Numbered from the stretch's first letter, positions 32,727-42,814 are shown. The stretch is 64,000 nucleotides of DNA from Dehalococcoidia bacterium (GCA_965263165.1 OZ253584.1:64178-128177), one strand, 5' to 3'. Notes: generated by a model not told the origin, from the sequence alone. Made by a program: numbers and translations.

Positions 32727-33818
32727 ATGATGGCAGACACAGCAAAGGCCGCCGTCTTCGTCGGCATGGGCAAGCCCCTGGAGGTCCAGGAGTTCCCCAT
32801 GCCCACCCTGCAGCCCGGCGCAATCCTGGTCAGCATGGACATGGCCGCCATCTGCGGCTCCGACGCCCATGCCCTGCACCATGAGAGCACCCCCGCGCCC
32901 ATGATCTTCGGACACGAGAACATCGGGACCATCGCCGACCTCGGAAGCGGGCCAAGGGCCGACTGCCTCGGCCAACCCCTCAGAGAGGGTGACCGCATCC
33001 TCTTTCGCGCCGCGCCCTGCGGCCGGTGCCTCAACTGCGCCAAGGGCAACTTCTGCCTCGTTCCACCCCAACCGGGATTCATCAAGTGCGACGAGCCTCC
33101 CCACCTGCAGGGCGGCTTCGGGCAGTACCTCTACCTGAACCCCAACCCCTGGCTCCTCAAGGTCCCGGACGACATGTCTATTGAGCGCGCCCTTGTCAGC
33201 GTCGTGGGCACCCACACCCTCCTTAACGGCATCGAGCGCATGGGCGGCATCGGCCTCGGCGACACCGTGGTCGTCCAGGGGTCGGGCCCTATGGGCATCG
33301 GCGGCCTCATCATGGCAAAGCTCCTCGGCGCCGGGCGCTGTATCGTCATCGGGGCGCCGCCCAACCGGCTGGAGCTGGCCAAGGAAATGGGCGCCGACGA
33401 TACCGTCGACATCGGCGTGTACAACGAGCCCGACGCCAGGGTCGCCAAGATACAGGAGATGACCGGCGGCAAGGGCGCCGACGTGGTTATCGAGTGCTCC
33501 GGCGCCCCGGCGGCGACGGCAGAGGGCCTTGAGATGGTCCGCTTCGATGGCAAGTACCTGATCGTGGGACCCTGGACCGACTACGGCCCGCAACCGGTCA
33601 ACCCCTCCTGGTTCCCCCGCAAGGCCGTCAAGGCCACGGGCGTCCTGGCCTCGGAACCTCGCCACATCATCCGAGCGATGAAGGCCATCCACACCATGGT
33701 CGAAGCGCCCGTAGAGAAGCTGGTCACGCACCAATTCCCACTGGCCGAGATAAACGAAGCCTTCGAGTCCCACGAAAAGCTGACCGCCATGATCGCCGTC
33801 ATCCGCCCCAACGCCTAA
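32727..33818 (+). CDS. Zinc-binding alcohol dehydrogenase, paralogue 2
   Basis: ICGSD, GHE, CGRCLNC, GSGPMG; collinear with paralogue 1. Confidence 0.9.
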   Translation: MMADTAKAAVFVGMGKPLEVQEFPMPTLQPGAILVSMDMAAICGSDAHALHHESTPAPMIFGHENIGTIADLGSGPRADCLGQPLREGDRILFRAAPCGRCLNCAKGNFCLVPPQPGFIKCDEPPHLQGGFGQYLYLNPNPWLLKVPDDMSIERALVSVVGTHTLLNGIERMGGIGLGDTVVVQGSGPMGIGGLIMAKLLGAGRCIVIGAPPNRLELAKEMGADDTVDIGVYNEPDARVAKIQEMTGGKGADVVIECSGAPAATAEGLEMVRFDGKYLIVGPWTDYGPQPVNPSWFPRKAVKATGVLASEPRHIIRAMKAIHTMVEAPVEKLVTHQFPLAEINEAFESHEKLTAMIAVIRPNA

Positions 33819-33862
33819 GCAGCCGCGCGCAGGGCCGCCGTTGGCGCCTGCCCAAGAGCCTC

Positions 33863-33908
33863 GCAAACACAAGAGGCGGGAGCGTGTGCTCCCGCCTCTT
33901 GTGTTTGC
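33863..33908. terminator. Bidirectional terminator
   Basis: Perfect 21-bp stem GCAAACACAAGAGGCGGGAGC-GTGT-GCTCCCGCCTCTTGTGTTTGC between convergent genes. Confidence 0.75.
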
Positions 33909-33921
33909 CCTTTCGAGAGGC

Positions 33922-34647
33922 CTAGGCCTTGAGATGCTGGTTGAAGAAGGTGATTGTCTTCCGCCAAGCGTCTGCCGCGGCGTCCAGCCGGAAGCTTTCC
34001 CTGCTGTCGCAGTGGAAGGCGTGGCCCGCGCCGGGATACATGTGGAACTCATAGGTCTTCCCCAGCCTGTCGAGCTCAGCCTGGATGGTTGCCACGTCGG
34101 CGGGCGTGGGATTTCCGTCGTCCTCGCCGAACAGGCCAAGGATTGGGCAGTTGATGCCGGCGCTGCGCTCCAGGGGCGAAGGCCCCTCGCCGCGAGGCTG
34201 AAGCATCCCGCCGCCGTAGAAGACCGATGCCGCGCCGATGCCCGCAACCGAAGTGGCCGCCAGATACGACACCCGCCCGCCAAAGCAGAATCCAACGATG
34301 CCAATGCGGTCCCCGTCCACGTTCGGCTGCGACTGAAGATAGCTCACGGCGGCGTTGATGTCTGCCAGGATGCCATCGTCGGTCACCCGTCCCGCCCGTC
34401 CGAAGGCCGTCTCCCGCTCCTCGTGGAGCGCCATGATCATAGGGCCTTCCCGGTGGAACATCTGCGGGGCCAGACCCACGAATCCCTGGGACGGGAGCCG
34501 GTCCGTGACCATCTGGATGTGCGAGTTCGCGCCCCAGACTTCCTGGATGACGATGACCGCCGGGTACTTCCCTTCAGCCTCGGGCTCGGCCACGTAGGCC
34601 TCCATGTTTTCGCCACTCACATCGATGTCAACCCACTTGCCAGGCAT
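33922..34647 (-). CDS. Dienelactone hydrolase family protein
   Basis: QEVWG, GFCFGG, YPGAGHAF. Confidence 0.92.
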   Translation of the reverse strand: MPGKWVDIDVSGENMEAYVAEPEAEGKYPAVIVIQEVWGANSHIQMVTDRLPSQGFVGLAPQMFHREGPMIMALHEERETAFGRAGRVTDDGILADINAAVSYLQSQPNVDGDRIGIVGFCFGGRVSYLAATSVAGIGAASVFYGGGMLQPRGEGPSPLERSAGINCPILGLFGEDDGNPTPADVATIQAELDRLGKTYEFHMYPGAGHAFHCDSRESFRLDAAADAWRKTITFFNQHLKA

Positions 34648-34801
34648 ATGCTACCTCCTAAGGGTGTGTCTGAATCAGCGCCGCCCATTGTAGCACGGCG
34701 CCCACCGCCGGATAGCCCCTCGGGACAGGGGGGAACCTCGGCGCATGCCTCGCCCCCGCGTCAAGCGCCCTCTGACGCATAGGGCGCCAACGGCGGCCCG
34801 C

Positions 34802-35149
34802 CTACCGGGCCCCGATGAACAGCGGCCTGAAAAAGCTGTGCAGCAGGTTCCGGTGGTGCGCCCACTGATGCGCCTCCCGGATCAGCTCTGGGGGCGCAAC
34901 GCGGCCGCCATGCGTGATCTTGATCGTCGTAAACCGCGGCCCGGGCGACTGCTTTGACTGCGCAGGGTACTCAATGGCACAGCCGTGACGCTCCACGGCC
35001 GCCTTCAACTCCGCGTAGCCCTTGACCCGCTTGTTGGGCGGAATGAATATCTCGAACTCCGAGCTTCCCACAACCTCGTGTACGTGGTCCTCTCCGGTCC
35101 CGCGCCCGCCACCCTGCCTGAGCTCCCGGCGGCTGATCTGCCTGCTCAC
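34802..35149 (-). CDS. Hypothetical protein
   Basis: GTG start overlaps the hydantoinase B stop (GTGA); plausible coding composition. Confidence 0.55.
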   Translation of the reverse strand: MSRQISRRELRQGGGRGTGEDHVHEVVGSSEFEIFIPPNKRVKGYAELKAAVERHGCAIEYPAQSKQSPGPRFTTIKITHGGRVAPPELIREAHQWAHHRNLLHSFFRPLFIGAR

Positions 35150-36879
35150 GAAGGGTCCTCCTGCGCCACCACCGGCCGACCCCAGCCCAGGAGTGCAGCC
35201 TGCGCTTCTTGTTCAGAGAGCCCGTAAACCTCGCGGGCCGCCTCGGGAGAGATGTACCCATCCAGCAAATCGCCGGCGACCCTGTCCCGGTCCCGATTCT
35301 TGGGGTCCCCCACGCCGCCCCCGCTGCCGGTTTGCAGGCGGAGGAGGTAGCCGGTCTCCAACGCCACGTTCGATACGTGAGACCGGTAGCGTTGCTCATT
35401 CGGCGCCCCGGGGTTCACCACCAACGACCCAACGGCCCCGTCGCCCCCGCCGGCGGCCCCGGGCGGCGCCACCATGTAACGCATGCCTCCGCCGGAGTAC
35501 GTCCCATCCTGGAGAATCTCATAATCGCGGACATAGGCCAAACCGCCCCGGTACTCCCCCACCCCGCCCGAATCCCGGACCAGGGTGAACTGCTGCATCC
35601 GGATCGGGTACTCCGTCTCCAGTACCTCCACGCAGGCAATCTTGGGTCCCGTGCCGCTGAACCCGCACCCAGACCAGCCGTCGCCGCCCATGAACGCGCC
35701 GCCCCCGCCCGGCGTGATCTCGTACTGGAGCGTTGTGCGTCCTCCCGGCCTCCTGCTTCCAATGGTCACATTCCCTCGCGCCCCGTGGTGCGCCCGCGGC
35801 GGCCGGCCCGACGCCTCGACCAGGGCGTCCATGACCATGTCTTCCAGGGTCGCCAGCACGTAGGAGTACAGGCTCACAGGCGCCGGATAGACCGGATTGA
35901 ACACGCTGCCGGGACGGAGCGCGTATTCGATCACCCGCCCAACTCCGTGGTTATTGGCCGGCGGATCGTCCATCATGCTCAGGATGGCATACAGGCAGCT
36001 TCCCGTAATGATGGGCGGGCGGCAGTTCACCGGACCCCGGTTCTGGTCGGGGCTCTGGGAAAAATCAAGCGTGATGTGGTCGTCTTCCTTGATGAGCCGC
36101 ACGTGGAAGCGGATCGGCGTCTCCATATCCACCATGTCGTTATCCAGATACGCCTCGGCCTCGTAGACGCCGTCCTTCCACTTGAAGATCTCCGCCCGCA
36201 GGTACTGCTCCGTCTTGTCGCCCACCATATCGAAGACGCCCAGGACGGTCTCCTTGCCGTATCTCGACATCAACTCCCGGATCCGCCGGCCGCCGATGCT
36301 GCTCTCGGGCCCCGCCTGCGAGTTGTAGTCCCCCAACAGCAGTTCAGGCGTTCGGCTGTTGGCCCGGATGAGAACGTCGGTCTCCTGGACAACCCTGCCC
36401 CGGCTCTTGTACTTCACGGGCGGGACGAGCGTCCCCTCGCCGAAGATGTCCCTGGCGTCCACCTGCCGGCTCCCCGGCGTCAGCCCCCCAATGTCCCCCT
36501 TGTGCGTGATCCCAATGCCGAACGCGACCAGCTCGCCCTCGAAGAAGATCGGCGTGATGGCGGCGCTGTCGAGGCTGTGGGCGCAGCCGCTGTAGTACGG
36601 GTGGTTGACGAAGAAGCAGTCGCCCTCCTCGATCTCGTCGTAGCCATAGAACCCCAGCAGACCCTCGATGCAGGCCGGATAGGAGCCGAGGTGGATGGGA
36701 ATGCTGGCGTGCTGGGCCACAACCCTACCCTCGCGGTCGACGATGCCGCAGCTCATGTCGTGGGTCTCGCGGATCAGCGTGGAGTAGCCCGTCCGGTACA
36801 TGGCGATCTGCATCTCCCGGACGATGCCGTCAAGCTGCGAACGGACAACCTCGAAGGTAATGGGGTCTACGTTGGCCAT
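35146..36879 (-). CDS. Hydantoinase B/oxoprolinase family protein, paralogue 2
   Basis: DPITFEV, NHPY, HSLD, HKGDIGG, EVLETEYP, GSGGGVGDP. Confidence 0.9.
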   Translation of the reverse strand: MANVDPITFEVVRSQLDGIVREMQIAMYRTGYSTLIRETHDMSCGIVDREGRVVAQHASIPIHLGSYPACIEGLLGFYGYDEIEEGDCFFVNHPYYSGCAHSLDSAAITPIFFEGELVAFGIGITHKGDIGGLTPGSRQVDARDIFGEGTLVPPVKYKSRGRVVQETDVLIRANSRTPELLLGDYNSQAGPESSIGGRRIRELMSRYGKETVLGVFDMVGDKTEQYLRAEIFKWKDGVYEAEAYLDNDMVDMETPIRFHVRLIKEDDHITLDFSQSPDQNRGPVNCRPPIITGSCLYAILSMMDDPPANNHGVGRVIEYALRPGSVFNPVYPAPVSLYSYVLATLEDMVMDALVEASGRPPRAHHGARGNVTIGSRRPGGRTTLQYEITPGGGGAFMGGDGWSGCGFSGTGPKIACVEVLETEYPIRMQQFTLVRDSGGVGEYRGGLAYVRDYEILQDGTYSGGGMRYMVAPPGAAGGGDGAVGSLVVNPGAPNEQRYRSHVSNVALETGYLLRLQTGSGGGVGDPKNRDRDRVAGDLLDGYISPEAAREVYGLSEQEAQAALLGWGRPVVAQEDPS

Positions 36880-36941
36880 ATTGTTCCTCTCCCTCAGCGC
36901 AGAACGGTTGCCAATCCTCGCAGCCTGGGGCGGCCTGCTTC

Positions 36942-38663
36942 CTACCGGCCCGCGGCTTGCTGGCGCCGTCCTTCAACGACCCCCTGGACATCCTCGTTGC
37001 TGAGGCCATAGACCTCGCGGGCCGCCTCCGGGGAGATAAAGCCGTCCAAGACATCGCTGGCAACCCGCTCCCGGTCCCGCTCCTTGGGGTCGCCGGCGCC
37101 GCCGCCACTGCCGGTCTGCAGGCGGAGCACGTCACCGGCCTTGAACTCGATGTTGGAGACCCTGGCCGTGAACTTCCGCTCTTCAAGGGTCCCCGGATTG
37201 AGCATGGTGTAACCGCGGGCGCCCGGCCCTCCGCCCTCCACGCCCTGGGGCTGCACCATGTAGCGGGCGGCGCCCCCGGAGTACGTCCCGTCCAGGAGAA
37301 TCTCATAGTCGCGGACGTAGGCGAAGCCGCCCCGGAACCGGCCCGGCCCGGCCGAGTCGGGAACGATGCCAAAGCGGCGCATGCGAATCGGGTACTCCGT
37401 CTCCAGGACCTCAACGCAGGCAATCTTGGGGCCCGTGCCGCCGAATCCGCAGCCCGTCCAACCGTCGCCGCCGGCGAAGGCCCCGCTTCCCCCGGGAGTC
37501 AACTCGTACTGCACGGTCGTGCGGACCCCGGAACGCCTTGTGCCGATGATGATATTCCCCGCCGCCCCGTGGTGCGCCCTCGAAGGACGGCCCGCCGCCT
37601 GTGTCAGGGCATTGATCACCATATCCTCCAGCGTAAAGAGGACCTGGGCGTAGACGCTCACCGGCGCGGGATAGGTGGGATTGAACACGCTCCCCGGCCT
37701 CATCACGAAGTCGATCACGCGGGTGGTCCCGTGGTTGTTTGGCGGAGGGATCTCCATCATGGCGAGGATGGCGTACATGCAACTCCCCATGATGATGGGG
37801 GGACGGCAGTTCACCGGGCCCCGGTTCTGGTCTGCGGTGTCCGAGAAGTCGAGCGTGAGGTGGTCCCCCTCCTTGATCAACCTGACGTGAAAGCGGACAG
37901 GCTTGTCCATGTCCACGAGGTCATTGTCCAGATAGGCCTCAGCCTCGTAAACGCCGTCCTTCCACTTGGAAATCTCGGCCCGCAGGTGCTGCTCCGTCTT
38001 ATCGCCGGCCATGTCGAACACGCTCAAGACCGTGTCCTTGCCGTATTTGGCCATCAACTCCTTGAGCCGCCGGGCGCCGATGCTGCTCTCCGGCCCCGCC
38101 TGCGCGTTGTAGTCCCCCAACAGCAGCTCAGGCGTGCGGCTGTTCGCCCGAATGAGAACGTCGGTCTCCCGGACGAGCTTGCCGCGGCGCCGGTGCTTCA
38201 CCGGCGGGACGAGCATCCCCTCCCCAAAGAGGTCCCTGGCGTTGACCTGCCGGCTCCCCGGCGTGAGTCCCCCGATGTCCCCCTTATGGGTGATGCTTAT
38301 GGCGAAAGCAACCAGTTCGCCCTCGAAGAAGATGGGGGTGATCGCCGCGCTATCGAGGCTGTGAGCGATGCCGCTGAAGTACGGATGGTTGACGAAGAAG
38401 CAGTCGCCTTCCTCAATCTCGTCGTACCCGTAGAACCGCAGCAGGCCCTCGATGCAGGCCGGATAGGAGCCAAGGTGGATGGGGATGCTGGCGTGCTGGG
38501 CCACGACCCTGCCCTCGCGGTCGACGAGGCCGCAGCTCATGTCGTGGGTCTCGCGAATCAGGGTCGAGTAGCCCGTCCGGTAGATGGCTATCTGCATCTC
38601 CTGGACGATGCCGTCAAGCTGGGACCGGACGATTTCGTAGGTTATGGGGTCTACGTCTGCCAT
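36942..38663 (-). CDS. Hydantoinase B/oxoprolinase family protein, paralogue 1
   Basis: Same motifs, collinear with and highly similar to the neighbouring gene. Confidence 0.9.
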   Translation of the reverse strand: MADVDPITYEIVRSQLDGIVQEMQIAIYRTGYSTLIRETHDMSCGLVDREGRVVAQHASIPIHLGSYPACIEGLLRFYGYDEIEEGDCFFVNHPYFSGIAHSLDSAAITPIFFEGELVAFAISITHKGDIGGLTPGSRQVNARDLFGEGMLVPPVKHRRRGKLVRETDVLIRANSRTPELLLGDYNAQAGPESSIGARRLKELMAKYGKDTVLSVFDMAGDKTEQHLRAEISKWKDGVYEAEAYLDNDLVDMDKPVRFHVRLIKEGDHLTLDFSDTADQNRGPVNCRPPIIMGSCMYAILAMMEIPPPNNHGTTRVIDFVMRPGSVFNPTYPAPVSVYAQVLFTLEDMVINALTQAAGRPSRAHHGAAGNIIIGTRRSGVRTTVQYELTPGGSGAFAGGDGWTGCGFGGTGPKIACVEVLETEYPIRMRRFGIVPDSAGPGRFRGGFAYVRDYEILLDGTYSGGAARYMVQPQGVEGGGPGARGYTMLNPGTLEERKFTARVSNIEFKAGDVLRLQTGSGGGAGDPKERDRERVASDVLDGFISPEAAREVYGLSNEDVQGVVEGRRQQAAGR

Positions 38664-38680
38664 CGTGCCCTGCGAGGCGG

Positions 38681-39118
38681 CTAAGAGGCCCAGGCCTGCT
38701 CGAGGGCGGCCAGGCCCACAATCGCCAGCTCCTCGTCCTCCTCGTTGCTGCGCCCGCTGACCCCCACCCCGCCCATCACCGCCCCATCCGACGCCCGCGT
38801 GACCACCAGGCCGCCCATGCCGCCGGTGAAGTTGGGGTTCCCATAGGCGGCGATGCTCCCAATCCCCTGTGCCTGCGCCCTCGCCTCCATGTCGCGGACG
38901 TTAACCCGCATGCAGGCCGAGGTGTAGGCCTTCTTGAAAGCGTTCTGGCGCGCCAGGGCCGTGTTCACCTCCCCCATGGCGGCCAGGCACAGCAGGTCCC
39001 CCCGGTGGTCGACAACGATGGCAGATATGGGGCGGCCCGGCACGCGGTCGGCCTCAGCCATGATGGCCTTGACCGCCCCCATTGCCTCGCGGATCCCCAG
39101 ATACTGCCTCAGATGCAT
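38681..39118 (-). CDS. GlcG/HbpS family heme-binding protein
   Basis: VVDHRG, KKAYTS, GGVGVSG..NEEDE. Confidence 0.85.
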   Translation of the reverse strand: MHLRQYLGIREAMGAVKAIMAEADRVPGRPISAIVVDHRGDLLCLAAMGEVNTALARQNAFKKAYTSACMRVNVRDMEARAQAQGIGSIAAYGNPNFTGGMGGLVVTRASDGAVMGGVGVSGRSNEEDEELAIVGLAALEQAWAS

Positions 39119-39234
39119 GTCCGCCTTCCTTGGATCCCCCAGGGGTGTGGAGCGCTCCCTAGGGTGGTGTCGGCCCAGGCCTCAGCGCGCCGCGTCCCCG
39201 AACCCCCGGCGCCCGCCGGGAACCACGACCTCCC

Positions 39235-39654
39235 CTACGGGCCCGCCGCTTGCAGTCCCAAGCGGGCAATCTCCTCGTCTTCATCGGGCGATGCTCCGCT
39301 GACCCCCACCCCGCCGACCACCGACCCATCCCCGGCGAGGATGGCGACGCCTCCTCGCGCCGAGGCCACAAGGCCGGGGTCGCCGTAGTCGGTCACGCTG
39401 CGGCCTTGGGCGCCCCGTTGCGCCGCAAAGTCCCGCAGGTCGGCGCGCATACGCGAAGCCGTGTAGGCCTTCCGGGTGGCGTAGTGCCGTGCGAAATGCG
39501 TCCCTCCATCCATCAGAGCGAACGCCATCAGCTCGCCCCGGTCGTCCACCACGGCAAGGGCCAGGGGACGCTCCGTCACCCGCGGCGCAGCCTCCATCAT
39601 TGCTTCCACGATGGCGAGCGCATCCGTGTGGTCGAGAACCTGCTTTTCGTACAT
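39235..39654 (-). CDS. GlcG/HbpS family heme-binding protein
   Basis: VVDDRG, RKAYTA, GGVGVSGASPDEDE; start placed at ATG 39654. Confidence 0.85.
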   Translation of the reverse strand: MYEKQVLDHTDALAIVEAMMEAAPRVTERPLALAVVDDRGELMAFALMDGGTHFARHYATRKAYTASRMRADLRDFAAQRGAQGRSVTDYGDPGLVASARGGVAILAGDGSVVGGVGVSGASPDEDEEIARLGLQAAGP

Positions 39655-39988
39655 GGCCTTTCCGATTGCCCCTTTCCGGTTGCCTAGGATACCACATCCG
39701 CCGGACGGCCCGGCGCCGTCGGCTGTCCCCGCGAGAGCCTGTTCAAGCCAATCCCCCCATTGCATTGTCAATACAGGACCGTAAAACGACACATGCGCCT
39801 ACACCGTCAAGGATGAGGCTGTCGTTCCCCAAGCGTGGTGCAGGAGCAACTCCTCTCTTCCTGCCCGGGTGCTCGGGTGCAAGTTAGGAAGGGGCTCTGA
39901 CCCGTCGACCGTGGCGACGGCGTTGGGAATGCTGCTCACGCAACCTCCAGGACAACCGAGGGTATGGGGGCGGGGTCGCAAGCCACAC

Positions 39989-40095
39989 AAAAAAGCCCGC
40001 CTCGGCGAGACGGGCTCCCAGGGACGGGCTGATAAGCAACCAAAGACGGGCCGAAACAGAGCCGGCCCGAAGGGGGCGGGACTAACCTGCTATGG
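39989..40095 (-). ncRNA. Putative small RNA or attenuated leader
   Basis: Minus-strand promoter TTGCGG-17-TAATGT, internal hairpin CGGGCCGG/TCGGCCCG, terminator AGCCCGTCTCGCCGAGGCGGGC-TTTTTT. Confidence 0.45.
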
Positions 40096-40415
40096 GCCTA
40101 CATTAGCACACACGTTCCACTTCCGCAAGAGGGTGTTGGCAGAGTGGACGGCGGGATGGCCTACCAGACTTGGCCTTAGTGTACTGTAATCAGACTGTGT
40201 CCCTAAGATGCGGCAGTCGCCGTTCTCGCAGGTGGAGTTTCTGACCGAGGAGACTGCGGTGAAGCGGCGGTCAAAGCGTTCCTTGGAGAATCCGAATCCG
40301 ATCCTGGTCGCGTGTGCCCACTTGCTGGGTGGGGTTGGAACGACGATAATGTATGGCGATCTTCCCGAAGACTTGTGGGCTCTATTCCGGTGAGTAGGTA
40401 TTATTTCTGGATATT

Positions 40416-41993
40416 ATGGTGAAGCTTGTCGACTTGCTAAAGCCAGGCTACTTCCCTAAAGAGCTTCCCCCGCCGTTCACGACAGAGTCATTCGAATCTC
40501 TTCTAGAACGTGATCCTTCCCTATTCGCTAGTCTGTCTAAGGGGCGTCAGGAAACCGTTCCCGCTCGGCACAGCCTATCTCGAGCGGGAAGTCTGCGACG
40601 CCTTCTTTCTATACCCAACCCGCTGTCGTTTCTTCGATTGTCGGAGTGGTTCGAACAAAATTGGGCTTTCGTGGAGAAACAATGCCGGAAATCCTCGCAT
40701 TCGTTGAGCAAGCCGCAGATGTCCTCGGCGGATCGAGCCGTAGTGGCGGAAGTCCCGTTCAATCAACAACCGACACATCAGGCAGATCTGCGCGCCAAGT
40801 CAAGATATATACTCAAAACGGATATCACCAATTGTTATCCATCCATCTACACGCATAGTATCTCTTGGGCATTGCATACGAAGGCGGAGGCGAAATCTCG
40901 TCGGGGTCCATCTGCCCTAATCGGCAATCAATTGGACAAGCTCGTCAGGGTTGGTCAGCACGGTCAAACTATTGGTATCCCAATCGGTCCTGACACATCA
41001 TTTATCATAGCAGAAATAGTCTTATCCTCGATCGATGAAGAATTCTGTAAGAGTATGAAGAAAGAGAAATTGGAGCTAAATGGCTTTAGATCATATGACG
41101 ACTTCGAATTCGGGTTCACTACTAGAGCCGATGCAGAGAGAGCAGTCTCGATTCTCCAAAAGGTGCTGAGCGAATACGAATTACAGCTCAACCCGGGTAA
41201 AACAACTATAGTGGAACTACCCGTTCCTATAGAATCAAATTGGGCATCGGAACTCCGCGCGTTTAAGTTCGATGACAATTCCCAGACTTGGGACCTGCGA
41301 AGGTATTTTGATCGCGCTTTCGAGTTTTCGAGACTGAACCGCGATTCAGAAGTTCTGAAGTACGCGATCCAGCGGTTGCGCTCTGTCGACATTGCCAGGA
41401 AGAACTGGACGCTATGCCAAGATCTCCTTTTGCAGTGTGCAATGGTCGAGCCCAGCGCATTGCCAGCAGTGGTCGATCATTTGCATTTCTATAAGAACAA
41501 AGGCTTCCCTTTGAACGTGCCCAAAGTTAGCGAGGTTTTCAACGTCCTATTGAGTTCACATGCGCCGCTAGGCCATGGCAGCGAGGTGGCCTGGGCCCTG
41601 TGGGGATGCTTGCTTTTCCATCTCCAGATCAAGAACTCTCCGGCATCGGCGGTTGCTGAGATGGATGACTCGGTTGCAGCGTTGCTATTGCTGCACGCTC
41701 AAGTTTTAGGATTGATCCGTAGCAAGACAGCACTCAAGATGGCACTACGAAATTGGCAGCAAGTGTTGACACAAGATGGACTTCGCGACAGTCAGTGGTT
41801 GCTATCGTATGAGGCGAACATCAAGGGTTGGCTTTCGTCAGCAAAGGACCACGTCTCGAACGATGCCCAGTTCAGCCTTCTAAAAAAGCATGGTGTGTCA
41901 TTTTACGACACTGGTAAAGTGAGGTCGCATACGCCTACCAAACGCTATCTGCCTGGTTCCGGAGCGGGAGGGGGAGATGGTGGCGGTTACTGA
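40416..41993 (+). CDS. RNA-directed DNA polymerase, UG/Abi-like defence-associated reverse transcriptase
   Basis: GYFPKELPPPF N-terminus, KTDITNCYPSIYTHSISWA, GIPIGPDTS, RSYDDF, LNPGKT, helical C-terminal domain; visibly lower GC than its flanks. Confidence 0.88.
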   Translation: MVKLVDLLKPGYFPKELPPPFTTESFESLLERDPSLFASLSKGRQETVPARHSLSRAGSLRRLLSIPNPLSFLRLSEWFEQNWAFVEKQCRKSSHSLSKPQMSSADRAVVAEVPFNQQPTHQADLRAKSRYILKTDITNCYPSIYTHSISWALHTKAEAKSRRGPSALIGNQLDKLVRVGQHGQTIGIPIGPDTSFIIAEIVLSSIDEEFCKSMKKEKLELNGFRSYDDFEFGFTTRADAERAVSILQKVLSEYELQLNPGKTTIVELPVPIESNWASELRAFKFDDNSQTWDLRRYFDRAFEFSRLNRDSEVLKYAIQRLRSVDIARKNWTLCQDLLLQCAMVEPSALPAVVDHLHFYKNKGFPLNVPKVSEVFNVLLSSHAPLGHGSEVAWALWGCLLFHLQIKNSPASAVAEMDDSVAALLLLHAQVLGLIRSKTALKMALRNWQQVLTQDGLRDSQWLLSYEANIKGWLSSAKDHVSNDAQFSLLKKHGVSFYDTGKVRSHTPTKRYLPGSGAGGGDGGGY

Positions 41994-42519
41994 AGTGAAC
42001 TCTGAAGTTTGGACAGATAGTTAAGTTTGAGTTCTGCTTGTAGGACCGCACGGGCAGGAGACGAGGAGGACATAGGAGAAGCCACTCCTTAGCGTTCAAG
42101 GCGAAGGCGCGGTTGGCGTCGGGTTACCGGAACTCGCCGCCAACGAAGCGGCGCATGCCAACCAGAACCTCCGTTGAAGGGGGGCGCAGGCCACAACAAC
42201 ACCCCCCGGGGCGCCTCTCTTCCTGCCCTCGTACTCGGGGGAAGGTTAGGAAGGGGGTCCCCCTCGCGGGAAGCAGAACAACGGCCCCCCCTCATCTCTC
42301 CAAGCGGGGTGCAGGGGACGCAGCCCTCGCCGGGGGTACAGGGGGTGTCCCCCTGTACCCCCGGCGGAGGGTGGGCAGGTGGGACAACGGCGCAGGCCAA
42401 AGCAGACCCTCCGCCGATGGAGGGCGCAAGCCACAACAAATCCATCCGCCCAGGTTATGCCCCACCCCCATTGCAAAATACGACATTGCAAAATACGAAC
42501 GATTGTGCTGTAGTACCCC

Positions 42520-42714
42520 CATGAAGTGGGCCACCGGCCCGCTTCTCTTCCTAGGAGCCTGCCGCATACATGAGCACTGGGGGCTAACCACAGAGAATCC
42601 CCCCTGTGGCAGGAGCGCTGAGGGAACAACCCAAGGGGCAAGACCCTCCGAGGAAGGTTGGGACCGGAGTGAATGCCGTTGTAAGGCACAGGCTTCCTGG
42701 AGCCATCCAACTCC
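42520..42714 (+). ncRNA. Putative structured RNA, copy A
   Basis: Follows TTGCAA-17-TGTAGT; multi-stem fold shared with copies B and C. Confidence 0.5.
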
Positions 42715-42814
42715 GTAACGGCTCGTAACGATTGGTAACGGCTCCGTAACGACTCGTAACAGCTTTGTAACGACTCGTAACGCCCTTGTAACGGCTTGTA
42801 ACGCCTTTGTAACG
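42715..42814. repeat. Phased GTAAC array
   Basis: 10 GTAAC cores spaced 10,10,11,10,11,10,11,10,11 bp. Confidence 0.85.

Noticed and set aside
40027-40070. Hammerhead ribozyme (CTGATAA...GAAAC)
   Set aside because: The core lacks the conserved G8 (CUGANGA), and stem II does not form.
40208-40393. 61-aa ORF upstream of the RT
   Set aside because: No clear RBS or motif. It could be a gene fragment or non-coding, so it is not called.
40130-41993. Classical retron or group II intron
   Set aside because: No VTG motif, no recognisable msr-msd a1/a2 repeat, no maturase domain and no intron domain V.
42520-42714. Cobalamin riboswitch (GGAGCCTGCC, GCACTGGG, AGGGAA, GGAAGG-like words)
   Set aside because: The words occur in the wrong order, and no B12-related gene follows.
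42715-42814. CRISPR array
   Set aside because: The period is only 10-11 bp, there are no 25-40-bp unique spacers, and no cas genes are present.
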